A DNA stretch of 62,992 bases, filler included, from Asterionella formosa (lineage: Eukaryota): the NCBI GenBank assembly GCA_002256025.1. It is 21 parts of 21 records of this genome, joined end to end, with 100 filler letters (N's around TTAATTAATTAA, not from the genome) between each part and the next. Parts side by side here need not be neighbours in the genome. Positions count along the whole stretch, not along the records: positions 25,771 to 26,960 come from NKIB01003791.1; positions 27,061 to 28,250 come from NKIB01003792.1; positions 28,351 to 29,539 come from NKIB01003793.1; positions 29,640 to 30,828 come from NKIB01003794.1; positions 30,929 to 32,117 come from NKIB01003795.1; positions 32,218 to 51,406 come from NKIB01003796.1; 15 more parts are not named here. The stretch is one strand, 5' to 3'. The position numbers and the translations under genes are program-made. The notes beneath the pieces are model-generated. The model was not told the DNA's origin. It worked only from the letters and a program-made list of their open reading frames with translations, and did not search any database. This document shows, piece by piece, positions 26,107-37,102 of this stretch; the first letter of the stretch is position 1; every line of letters starts with the position of its first letter.

Positions 26107-26960
26107 TTAGATCTCTTCCATTTCTCCTTCAAACTGCATCATATTTCTCCGAACACTACTACCCGTAGTAAGGTAATGTTCATAAGGTAGATGATCCCAA
26201 CTATTTTCTAAGACAAGCAAGGCATATGCTTCATCCGATACAGTCATGATGGAGGCCATATTTTTTTTGTGTTTTTGGCTAGCATAATCACCATACTTCA
26301 CTACCCGAGAAAAAATGTAATTCACTAGAATAATGAAGGGATGCTCTTCAACTTTACCAACATCTGGTGGTTCTGTCCTGGACTGAACAATCGTATTCCG
26401 GGAAAGGAACTGTAACTTTCCATCCTCAACCATTCCTGTTTTTATAATTAAGTATTCTTGTTTGGAACAGGAAGCCAACAGCAAGCACGACACCTCATTT
26501 TGAACTTACTTTTGAAACCCTTTCTGATTGATGTTGAAACAGCATTCCTTTTTTCAGACATATTTTTGTTGATGTCACACTTATATGTGAACCAAAATGA
26601 TTCAAACTCTTCGTCAGTACCATTTCTGAGTGATGGGAAATGATAACGAACAGCACAAGCAATGCTGTCGGGTTCCCTCATTTCCAAATCATAATCACCG
26701 GTGACGAATTTAACTTTTGGAAACAATTCCTCTCTGACCCAGCTAGCCAGAAGGTTTGTCCAATGTTTGCACCGGCCAATTCCACCTACTACTCCAATTG
26801 TTAAACGGTTGTTTTCAGCTGCTAATTCACGTAGGCGCTTGATTTCCTGTGTACTCTCAGACAATAGAATTTGGAGTTTATCTCTTTCTTGTTCTGCCGT
26901 CAACCTCCCATCTCCTTTGACACTCTCTTCCGATTCATTATACTCCTCAAGTTGATAATC
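26107..26960 (-). CDS. Transposon-associated hypothetical protein, 2 exons (intron 26436-26509), 5'-truncated
   Basis: GTAAG/CAG intron joins ORFs 26448..26903 and 26107..26493 in frame. Coiled coil, then LFPKVKFV and TVSDEAYALLVLEN motifs, which I recall from repeat-encoded diatom proteins. Confidence 0.55.
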
Positions 26961-27060
26961 NNNNNNNNNNNNNNNNNNNNNNNNNNNNNNNNNNNNNNNN
27001 NNNNTTAATTAATTAANNNNNNNNNNNNNNNNNNNNNNNNNNNNNNNNNNNNNNNNNNNN

Positions 27061-27570
27061 CCTTTCCTTCTATTTCTATATTGTACTTGCTCGACTTATT
27101 GCTGTAGACTATTTGTAGCTGCTCCGAAACGGAGAAGGCCATTGCGGCACATCTCAATTTTGACTCACTACGGCGACATGCAAGGTTAAAATATGCAACA
27201 GCTGTTTCTGAACGAAATAACGGATTCAATTCCTTATTGTCAGCTACTCAGCATCCTTTCCTTCTTTTTCTATATTGTACTTGCTAGAGTTATCGCTGTA
27301 GACTATTTGTAGCTGCTCCGAAACGGAGAAGGCCATTGCGGCACATCTCAATTTTGACTCACTACGGCGACATCCAAGGTTGAAATATGCAACAGCTGTT
27401 TCTTAACGAAATAACGGATTCAATTCCTTATTGTGAGCTACTCAGCATCCTTTCCTTCTTTTTCTATATTGTACTTGCTCGACTTATTGCTGCAGACTAT
27501 TTGTAGCTGCTCCGAAACGGAGAAGGCCATTGCGGCGCATCTCAATTTTGACTCACTAGCTACGGCGACA
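27061..27570. repeat. Tandem repeat, unit about 194 bp, about 2.6 copies
   Basis: cctttccttct(a/t)tttctatattgtacttgct starts at 27061, 27255 and 27449. Confidence 0.9.
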
Positions 27571-27993
27571 TGCAATGCTAAACGATGCTCAACGAGGACC
27601 AACAGTGCTTTATTTCCAATCTGGCAGGCTATTGTAATCTCTACAATCAACAATGACTTAATTATGTGTCTACAACATCAACTACTACTACTACGTGTGC
27701 TGAATTCTACAGTGTGAATCTTCCTCTTGCATGTGTTATTCTTTGCCAGTTCAGATCAAAGTGATATGTCGGAGCGGAAAAAATAATAAGTGTATCGGAA
27801 TTGGCGACTCTTTCGTTCATTATATGGTGAAAGCAGCATAATATTGCGGCAGAGCAGCATAATTTCGCTTTTAAACTGTTGCGATGGCTAGTTGGTCAAC
27901 ATATATTGTCACGAACACACATAATTATTGGTGTGATCACATAATTATTCGATAAGTGAAATAAATTTTTGTTTAACCCGAATAAATTAGGGA

Positions 27994-28068
27994 AAAAGTA
28001 GCATAATATTTCAAAAAAGTAACATAATATTTTAGAAAAGTAACATAATATTTTAAAAAAGTAGCATA
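27994..28068. repeat. Minisatellite of about 21 bp (aaaagta(g/a)cataatattt) x3.5
   Basis: Read directly from the sequence. Confidence 0.85.
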
Positions 28069-29639
28069 AATACGTCACTTTACACATAAATTCGAAAAAG
28101 TGCCGTAAACGGCGTCTTAGATGTAGGCGCAAGCATTTCATGTGGCTGAATGCATTTGCATGTGATAGTGATATAAATACTGGATGCGAAAATTCTTAAA
28201 AATAATTTTGCGAAAACCAAACAGGGTAATCCGTGATCATAATGGTATATNNNNNNNNNNNNNNNNNNNNNNNNNNNNNNNNNNNNNNNNNNNNTTAATT
28301 AATTAANNNNNNNNNNNNNNNNNNNNNNNNNNNNNNNNNNNNNNNNNNNNAAGCCATACTAGCATTTAGGTACACAACAAGAACACACTCACCATTCAAC
28401 TGTATTGCAGAGTTCTTTTATTTGAGTCGAGGATTCAATTGACATTGCAGCAACCTATGCAGTTACAGAAACAATGAAAAGGAATGATTTGTTAGCTAGT
28501 AGTCATGTTACATTGAAACAACGACACGCAATTCCATCGTATCCTCTTGCTTCACTTACCACAAATCAATGCAACTAAGGATGCATAAGTCTGTAATAGT
28601 AACTTCTCAGTAAATTCTTGAATAAGTAAGTTTCGGGTATCCAATGTTGTCCAAAAGAACTTACTGGCTCATTTTTGTCAGCTTAACTTTGAGAGAAGTT
28701 AAACGTTTTGTTAGTTTTGTTCCAACAGAAGTGAATAGGTCCAACGAGCGACAAGAGCACTTACGCAATTTGGTTTTGTTTTACATTGGTGCTCCCCAAC
28801 AAGCGAAACGAGCTGTTGAATCAACTGAGAAAAAAGGAAATGTGGCTGCGTTTAGTTAACAATTTGTTGTTGTGCTGCCTGCCTCCCGACGATTGTCATC
28901 CAAGTACCACGCACATTGATGGCTTCATTATATTACCTTAAACATTCTCCATCCTTCGAATGCGCAATGTGTCGAAGTCACAATGTTTTTCATTATGTAT
29001 TGCGTAAACTTTCTTTGCTTCTCATGTGCTTTACTACAACGTATCTTTTCATGAAGCAGCAGGCATTGTTTGTTAACATGACAGAACGATTTCAAAAATA
29101 TATATGCCATGCATATAGAAATAAAATTTGTAAAAAAAAAATATATATATATTAAGTGTTATACATTTATAAAATTCAAAGGCGCTCTCGATATGGAACA
29201 TCTGATATGGTTGAGATGGCCATACTTGCATATACATAATTCGAAACTACTCAATCCACTATATGTCCATTGTTTTCCACGACTACGTGTACCGGAATTG
29301 TTTCTGGAATTTGTTTGCATCGATATTTTCTACGTCCGTTGAAACTAATTATTTAGACCGTTAAATAGCCGCCAGGGTTTTAGTAGCAAATTGTTTAAGC
29401 CCCTTTTTTGGTCGGGAGCTCTTCATGTGTACCGGTACATCATATGACAATAACAATATATCATATATATATACAGAGTACCAGTAGCAGGTAGTAAGTG
29501 ATATACTGGGGGTAGTCGGAGTAGTAAACTAGCAAAAGANNNNNNNNNNNNNNNNNNNNNNNNNNNNNNNNNNNNNNNNNNNNTTAATTAATTAANNNNN
29601 NNNNNNNNNNNNNNNNNNNNNNNNNNNNNNNNNNNNNNN

Positions 29640-30530
29640 AGTTTGATACAGTTTCAAAGCAGGGTCATTATCAAGATCCACATGGAGATACAGACGGTCA
29701 TAGCCCCATGACATCGTCACTATGTCCTCAAGACAGTGGACTAGGGCCTTACCAATCTTTCTCCCACGGTACTTTTCGTGGACACAAAGATTACTCAAAT
29801 AAGGTTGCAAGTCTTTGGCAGCTGCTCCCGATCCAAATCCCACCAATGAGGCAATTCTTCTCTCGACTTTATCGATCCATGGATAGCTGAATGGAATCTT
29901 AGCATCGCATGGCTGCAAGCGCAACTCTACGGTCGCAATTACATCAATGTGCCAATCTCTACTGGGTCGAGCAAGAGCCAAAACCAGGGAATGTCGTTGG
30001 GCCTCATCAAGTTTCTCGGCTCGGGAAGCACCACTCAACGGAGGCGGCATCAGGTCAGGATTCTCTATCCGGTCTTTTGTTCGACTGACGAGACCAGAAA
30101 GGACTTCGGCGTAGGCTATCATACCTGAGTAGGCATTCAAAGCCAAAACCGACGGCTGCACCAATGCACGCTCAAAAGCATTCAGTTCCGAACTGAGGGA
30201 AATTGCTTCTGCTCCAAACGAGGCAACGATAAATTTTGATACATCCGGCAAATCCTTGTATTGGACAAGGCAGAGCGTGTAAGTTTCATCGTCGTCGTCG
30301 CCAACTAGCCTGCCTTGGTAATCCAGGCAATATCGAGTGTCGAAGGGATCAGAGACGAAGGACAAGGCAGAAGAAAAACGTGCAAGCGGCACCAAGTTCA
30401 GCTGATGCTGCTGAGCCCTAGCTAATTTCACGGAGTTTCTTACAGCATTCTGCAGCGTTGACTGCAAGAAGGCAGTTGAGTCAGAAAACAAGATCAAACA
30501 TAAGAAAGGAGAAGTAAGACGCCTTTTCAT
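29640..30530 (-). CDS. GNAT acetyltransferase with predicted plastid bipartite leader, 3'-truncated
   Basis: Signal peptide ending STA-F. GNAT motifs YLSNLCVHEKYRGRKIGKAL and LYLHVDLDNDPALKLY. Confidence 0.85.
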
Positions 30531-30971
30531 ATTTAAGTTCATGTATTGTTTTTCGAGTGGTTGGCCTTGTGTGATTTTAAATGTCAAGGGATCACTTTCA
30601 ACGTTGCCACTAATTCAAGACAGGTAACTATTGACTCTAACGGTGTTCGGGACCTGGTACTGGTTGTGTTATCAAATACTGATTGTCGACTCGGTGAAAT
30701 CATAACAATCGTTTTCTTGTTTCTGACACAATGCACAAATATGTCGTCTAACTCTCGGAGTAGTACCCTGGTACCCTGGTACTGGAGTACCAGGTACCAG
30801 ACCTACTCAAGTGGTAGAAGTGTATACCNNNNNNNNNNNNNNNNNNNNNNNNNNNNNNNNNNNNNNNNNNNNTTAATTAATTAANNNNNNNNNNNNNNNN
30901 NNNNNNNNNNNNNNNNNNNNNNNNNNNNTTCCATTCAATAGAACATAAAACAATTGACAATAGACGAATTC

Positions 30972-32052
30972 ATGCTCATCTTCGCTTCTCTCGTTGTGGC
31001 ATTTTGCTGGGCCTGGTCTGCTTCCGCCGCTCCTGCCAACCCTGCTGGTCATGTATACACCCAGCCGGATGGATCTCTTACTCCCACGATCTTCTTGAAC
31101 GGAAACCAGCATTACGCCTGGCTCTCTGACGCCAAGGGATACACAGTTTTAAAGGACGAGCAAGGCTGGTATGTGTATGGAAAGAAGGAACAAGGCGACA
31201 TTGTATCGGCCGGTCTCCGCGTGGGTCACGCAAACCCAAAGAAGCTCGGATTGGTTCCCACGTTACAGCACGACGATGCGCTCCGCCGGGGACTTGTTCA
31301 TGAACACGAAACAGAGCACCGTAAGCTGATCGCTGTCCCCGAGAAGACGCTCTGCAACTTTCAGGGAAGTTCTCAAAATCCTTGCAAGTTGAAGGGTCTG
31401 GTTGTTTTGGTTCGATTCAAGAGTCATGCTAGCCGAGTGTTGCCATCGCCTAGTGAATACGATATCTTGTTCAACAACAAAGGGCCCACACAAGACGCCA
31501 CAGCTCCTACTGGCTCGGTCGCAGATGTGTACTTGGAAAATAGTTACGATACCTTCGTCATGCAGGCCGTCGTTTCTGACTGGATCCCCATATCGAAGAC
31601 AGAAGCAGAAGCTGTCGACGGTAACCTTGGTCTTAACAGGCCCGGGACACAGGCAGCATGGAAAGAAGCGGTGACCATGGCTAAGGCCCAGTTTGGTTCC
31701 TACAAGCAATTTGACGCCGACGGTGATGGTGCATTTGATTTGCTGGTAATAATGCACTCTGGTACAGCGGCGGAATGTGGAGGTATTGACATTGAAACCC
31801 TAGGTGACTACAGTACTCGCATTTGGTCTCATGCTACTTCGACTCCATGGTATTCGGATGCAGATGTCAAAGTCGGACGGTTTTATGTGGCTTCTGGAGT
31901 TTGGGATATCACTACCCTGAGTAAAACGCCGTATACCAAATGGGGAATCGCCCGTATTGCTGTGATTGCTCACGAGTGTGCCCACTTTTTGGGACTTCCT
32001 GATTTGTACGATACAGTTGGAGGAGCTGGTATTGGAACTTGGTGTCTTATGG
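30972..32052 (+). CDS. Secreted M6-family (immune inhibitor A-like) metalloprotease, exon 1, truncated
   Basis: Signal peptide, YTQPDGS pro-region, LVVLVRF, GSVADVYLENSY, FDADGDG, HECAHFLGLPDLYD zinc motif, GIGTWCLMG. GTACGT donor at about 32053. Confidence 0.88.
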
Positions 32053-32680
32053 GTACGTATTGTATTGATTACTTTCGTGAAATGGTTGCAGATGGCAACA
32101 ATTCGTGTGCTAACAAGNNNNNNNNNNNNNNNNNNNNNNNNNNNNNNNNNNNNNNNNNNNNTTAATTAATTAANNNNNNNNNNNNNNNNNNNNNNNNNNN
32201 NNNNNNNNNNNNNNNNNTTTAGTGAATGACTATGAGCGAAAATGCTATTTAAATGTAGAAATGGCACAGTATCTAGTGTCACTAGATAGACTTCGACTTT
32301 TTGGCAGGTTAATGTCGTGTACAGCAGTCATGATTTGCCAAAGGTAATGATATTCCACGTTTTTTTTGCAGTAGTACGATTCCTGGCAATATCCATACGA
32401 GTCATCTGACGGCTGCTGGTATGCTATTTGTTTTAACACTCATCTATTGATGAGGTATATGGCGATACTATCTTGTCATAACACTCATCTATGATGTTAC
32501 TTGATATGTTTTGTGGCGATAGTATTGTTTCATTGCCCCATGTGTATGTATACTTAGGTCGGCGTGAACTAATTGCACAAAGACATGATGTTTACAAATA
32601 ATAGTCTCTTTCTTCTTCCTGCAGTTGCTTCTCATTCCTTCGAGTATCACCAAACACAATTTGTAAGTCGTATGATTGTA

Positions 32681-34795
32681 TTAGTCAACCTTCTTCTCTT
32701 CCCAATTGGCCATCTTGGAGAGATCAGGGTGGCTCTCTCGTCTTGATCCGTTCGTCAGTGTGCACATTGGCCTGCGGCAACAAGCCACATAATGGGGAAT
32801 CGGGACTCCCAACAACTTGCGCTGGAAGCGAGCGACTGTGATACTGTACTTATCAGGAGAAAATACCTTGGAGGTGATAACTTCACGGCTCTTAGCCTCA
32901 ATTCGAACACCGTCCTGTTTGTACCACATGTTGATCAAAACGTCCTTGACAGAGTTGCCGGCCACAGTGTATGTATCAAAATCAGCAACGATCAAGCGGC
33001 CTTCGGTAGACATTAAAACCTTGGCAGATTCCAAGGCTTCTTCCCACTTGGGGATCATACTGAGGGAATAAGAAAAAGTAATCACGTCGAATCCCCGGGT
33101 AAGGTCATTTCGAAGATGAGGGGCCAACAATGCACGAACATTGTGTGAGTTGATGTCGAGACAGACCCAACGGATCTTTTCACATTGGGCAGGAGAAAAA
33201 GTCTTGCGGGCATTCACTTCACCAATGGCTAACAATTCAGGGCAGATATCCAAGACAACAATACGCTCGAACAAGTCAAGTTGCGCTTTCAGGAAATGAA
33301 CGTTGCGGCCTGTTCCGCCGCCGACATCGAGCCATGTGTGGCCTCGCTTGATTGGTCCAAAGGAAGACATCATTTCAGGACGAGCAACAAGCATATTCTC
33401 ACGAACTGCATCGTATCCCTTGGCTTGGGATGCGTAGAAAGAAGACATTTTGTCTCCGTGTGCGCTGACCTTTCCAGCAGTCAAAGGATGCAAGATCATC
33501 TTTGTGGTTGTCTTCAATTTTCGAGCGAACGACGCCTTTTGGCAGGGAGATGGTTCTGGGTCTACCCATGGGAGGGCATCCTTGGGCATGAATGACATAA
33601 AGGTGCCAGGGTACATCTTCACACGGTCCTTTGAGTACCACTGAGGCGACATGTCTTCGATATCAAGGTTGTTAAAAAATGGCTTGTCGTCCATCTTGGT
33701 AAAGGCCGAACGCCATAGAATCTTAGCCCCGGGAACGGTGGCTCGTTGAAGGGCGATCCACTCGTCATGAACAATGCTGTTCGGCATCCAGTCCATGTGA
33801 TCGAGAAGGATAAGCTTGGTGAATGAGTGAGGTTTGACTCTTTCCATGGTTGCTTGTACAGTCGCGTGATGCCATTCGAAGCAGCCAGCGTTGTCCTTGA
33901 GGGCTTGGAAATGTTCCTTCATTAAAGTACGAGGACAGCAACTCTGATCTTTGTACCCCTTCTCGTAGTAAAATCTGTAAAAGTAGTTGTGGGCCCCAAA
34001 CTCAGGGTCAAGGAAAATCTCGCGAAGAATGCCTTCATAAAACTCAACGGTGTAGAACTCCGGTCCAATCTGGTTTTTTGGAACACCTGCAAATGGTGCC
34101 AAAATTCCAGGAAAGAGCACTCTAAACCACCATGCGGATCGCTCAATCATGTGGTAGTTCTTGGTAATGTACTCATGAGAAAAACCGGTCTTGGACCACG
34201 CCTTGATATCAAAGCCAACAACATACATCAACCAAGGAACAAGGAACTTGGCAGCGAATCCAGTAGATCCCGAGTTAGCAAATCCTTTGCGAAAGGTTGG
34301 CTCAATCCTTGGGTCCCACCACTTGCGTGCCTGTCCACTCATGGTATGGCGCATTCGTTTCCAGACCTTGCAGGCCACCGTCGAGTCCGACGATCCCCAA
34401 ATGGCCCACCACTCGTCGTGAGTGAGTTCTGGGTCACGCAACATCCTGATCTTGAGTTCAAAGAGGTACAGCTGGTGCTGGTTCATGTCGCAGACAACAA
34501 TCTTGGCAGGTCCTTCAATGGCATAGTCGAGCACAATATCTCCTGCGGAACAGATGCGGAAGATGACATCGTCCTTGGAAATCTTGAGGATTTCCTTGTC
34601 GACAGCTGGGTCTTCCCAGCAAATGTTGTAAATGTAGGTGCGGTTGCAGATGTGCTCGATCATGTCGAATCCGTTCTTGAGGGTGCGATAGAGAACAAAA
34701 AGCCCCCCAGCTCCAAGAACACACCAAGTAGTAGGCGACTGGAAATCGATGCTAGCAAAAGCCGCAATGGCCCTTTGCTGGATACCTTCGAACAT
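32681..34795 (-). CDS. BTA1: Bifunctional betaine lipid (DGTS) synthase: N-terminal TM, BtaA/DUF3419 domain, C-terminal BtaB-like methyltransferase
   Basis: BtaA motifs YNICWEDPAVD, CSAGD, CDMNQHQLYLFELK, LDHMDW, WRSA, DRVKMY. BtaB motifs FYASQAKGYDAVR, WLDVGGGTG, FDVITFSYSLSMIP, VADF. Intronless, 704 aa. Confidence 0.9.
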   Translation of the reverse strand: MFEGIQQRAIAAFASIDFQSPTTWCVLGAGGLFVLYRTLKNGFDMIEHICNRTYIYNICWEDPAVDKEILKISKDDVIFRICSAGDIVLDYAIEGPAKIVVCDMNQHQLYLFELKIRMLRDPELTHDEWWAIWGSSDSTVACKVWKRMRHTMSGQARKWWDPRIEPTFRKGFANSGSTGFAAKFLVPWLMYVVGFDIKAWSKTGFSHEYITKNYHMIERSAWWFRVLFPGILAPFAGVPKNQIGPEFYTVEFYEGILREIFLDPEFGAHNYFYRFYYEKGYKDQSCCPRTLMKEHFQALKDNAGCFEWHHATVQATMERVKPHSFTKLILLDHMDWMPNSIVHDEWIALQRATVPGAKILWRSAFTKMDDKPFFNNLDIEDMSPQWYSKDRVKMYPGTFMSFMPKDALPWVDPEPSPCQKASFARKLKTTTKMILHPLTAGKVSAHGDKMSSFYASQAKGYDAVRENMLVARPEMMSSFGPIKRGHTWLDVGGGTGRNVHFLKAQLDLFERIVVLDICPELLAIGEVNARKTFSPAQCEKIRWVCLDINSHNVRALLAPHLRNDLTRGFDVITFSYSLSMIPKWEEALESAKVLMSTEGRLIVADFDTYTVAGNSVKDVLINMWYKQDGVRIEAKSREVITSKVFSPDKYSITVARFQRKLLGVPIPHYVACCRRPMCTLTNGSRRESHPDLSKMANWEEKKVD

Positions 34796-35410
34796 GGCGT
34801 CGTCTGTGTGTGCTGGTTCTGTAGTTAGTGTGAAGGAATGAGGGGAGGGGAGGAGTGAGAGAAAGAAGTGAGAGAAGAAAGGCAGGAGAACAATCCGACC
34901 GGAAAAGGTCCACTCGACGAAAAAATGCGTTTTTTGCTACAGCAATGCGGTACGTAAAGCCAGCAGAAGCCTAGTCTTGCTTCTCCGTGGTTGCTTTGGC
35001 TTGAAGCACTCGTAACTCCGAGCCTCCCCGTTGCCATCTGCGCCATGCAATGCTTCCATACGGATCAGGTGCAAGTCCTACTTCCAACAGCAGCGGCATG
35101 GCGTACCTAACAGTGAAAACAATGGAAGCTACAAACAACGAATGGTTCAGCTTGTGGGTGCGATTTTCACGTTTGAACTTTGGCGGTGGAGGCAGGAGGA
35201 GAGAGGGACGAGGGAATGCTACGTGGGTTTGGACCCGCTTGTTTGCCTGACGATCTAAACGAGTACCTGGTACTGGTACAGGGTGGGTCCCAGTATCACG
35301 GTATACCAGGTAGCAAAGTAACAAAGTGAAGGCAGGCGGTGGCTGGGAACCTGTGGTATGCGCTTTACGACAAGGATAGGTTAGCGTACAACTTGCAGAC
35401 GATCAAGTTT

Positions 35411-35441
35411 CGAATCTTTCTCGGCTTGGACAACGAATCTG
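35411..35441. promoter_or_regulatory. Two putative PSR/PHR-type phosphate-starvation boxes (CGAATCTT, CGAATCTG)
   Basis: Exact and near match to the YGAATCTH motif I recall for the diatom Myb factor PSR, about 620 bp upstream of BTA1. Confidence 0.5.
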
Positions 35442-36341
35442 CCTATNNNNNNNNNNNNNNNNNNNNNNNNNNNNNNNNNNNNNNNNNNNNNNNNNNNNNN
35501 NNNNNNNNNNNNNNNNNNNNNNNNNNNNNNNNNNNNNNNNNNNNNNNNNNNNNNNNNNNNNNNNNNNNNNNNNNNNNNNNNNNNNNNNNNNNNNNNNNNN
35601 NNNNNNNNNNNNNNNNNNNNNNNNNNNNNNNNNNNNNNNNNNNNNNNNNNNNNNNNNNNNNNNNNNNNNNNNNNNNNNNNNNNNNNNNNNNNNNNNNNNN
35701 NNNNNNNNNNNNNNNNNNNNNNNNNNNNNNNNNNNNNNNNNNNNNNNNNNNNNNNNNNNNNNNNNNNNNNNNNNNNNNNNNNNNNNNNNNNNNNNNNNNN
35801 NNNNNNNNNNNNNNNNNNNNNNNNNNNNNNNNNNNNNNNNNNNNNNNNNNNNNNNNNNNNNNNNNNNNNNNNNNNNNNNNNNNNNNNCCCAAAGTACGAC
35901 CCTGGTACATGGTGAGTTCCTGCAAGTTGCGGTCATTTTGCTTAGGTAAATAATCAATTTAATATGGGATAAAGATAGCTAACGTTTTAGTTTCAGCACA
36001 ATTACCGGAACTTGCTGGTACTGGTACCAGGTACCCGTACGTAACAGGGTCAAATGGGATGGAAGGAATACATGGTACCGGTACCAGGTTCTCCTTCACA
36101 TGTACCATTGCAAGTGCCAATGGACCTAGTACCCGGCTATTTATGCGGTACCAAGTATGTACTCGTTGCTGTGTTGGTTTTCGATACATCATTGTTAACT
36201 GACAGTACTCCGGAGTGTACGTCGTAATAATACAAAGTCTGTGGAATACGGTATTTTAGTTTCGTAACTGGTAAGTAAGTACCATTGGTAATGAGATGTA
36301 CCCGTATTTGTTTTCTACCACATGCACCAAGGAAAAACTGG

Positions 36342-36387
36342 TAGATTCAGATTCGAGTTCCAATCGAATCTTTCTCGCTTGAATCTG
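36342..36387. promoter_or_regulatory. Four putative PSR/PHR-type boxes in 46 bp (TAGATTCA, CAGATTCG, CGAATCTT, TGAATCTG)
   Basis: Two reverse and two forward GAATCT cores, about 720 bp upstream of the tri-domain gene. Confidence 0.55.
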
Positions 36388-37102
36388 CCTGATAGGTCGT
36401 TCATGCTTGGGAGTGAAGAGTCATCGTAGCACGTACTAAGTAAGCTCCTAAAAATTGTTCAGTAGGAGCCTATGTACCATATCATACCATTCACTACCAA
36501 ATACCAGGTACCAAATGTCGAAGCCGCGACAACACCATCCAAGTCGCTCCGACGTGACCACCTCGTCAATTCTTCCATTCTGCCTGCGTCCTTGCTTCGT
36601 CCTCGCCTGCCTATGTACCGGTACTGGTAGCTGTAATCGGAATGACAGCAAGACGAAGGAGAGTTCATATGTACTGTATGCACTGGTAGTAAGCTAGTTA
36701 TGGTGCGTGGCTGAGCCAGAAGATACCAGGGTAGGTACTAACTTATATGTATGTAGTGTGTAGCATGTGGTACCTGGTACCAGGTACCGGTGCCAACATA
36801 GTGTACCGGTACTGGTACCACGTACTTTTTTCTTCTACCAGGTAATCCACGAGGGTACTGGTACTAACTACCAGGTTCCTGGTGAACTTTTGTACTCACC
36901 TATTCGTAGTACACATGCATTTGTAAGGAGGACAGGCAAATGCGAAGAATGCCCTCGGCGAAATCGACGACTCAGCAAAATTACCGGTACTTGATCAAGC
37001 AACGGCCCAATGATCCACAGATCCTTACTACCACCTTGTGATCAATTGTTGTCATTGCCGTAAATTAGCTACCCGTACGAACCACAGCAACAAGATATCA
37101 AG

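Noticed and set aside
27061..27570. 194-bp repeats as a CRISPR array or repeat-protein gene
   Set aside because: No unique spacers, and the unit length is not a multiple of three.
29640..34795. GNAT and M6 protease as part of the betaine-lipid cluster
   Set aside because: They lie on separate contigs joined by artificial linkers.
33989..34828. 279-aa antisense ORF over BTA1
   Set aside because: Shadow frame of a codon-biased gene with no recognisable motifs.
35339..35957. Long ORFs spanning N runs (also 7551-7952, 43183-43787, 46733-47578)
   Set aside because: Artefacts of translating gaps.
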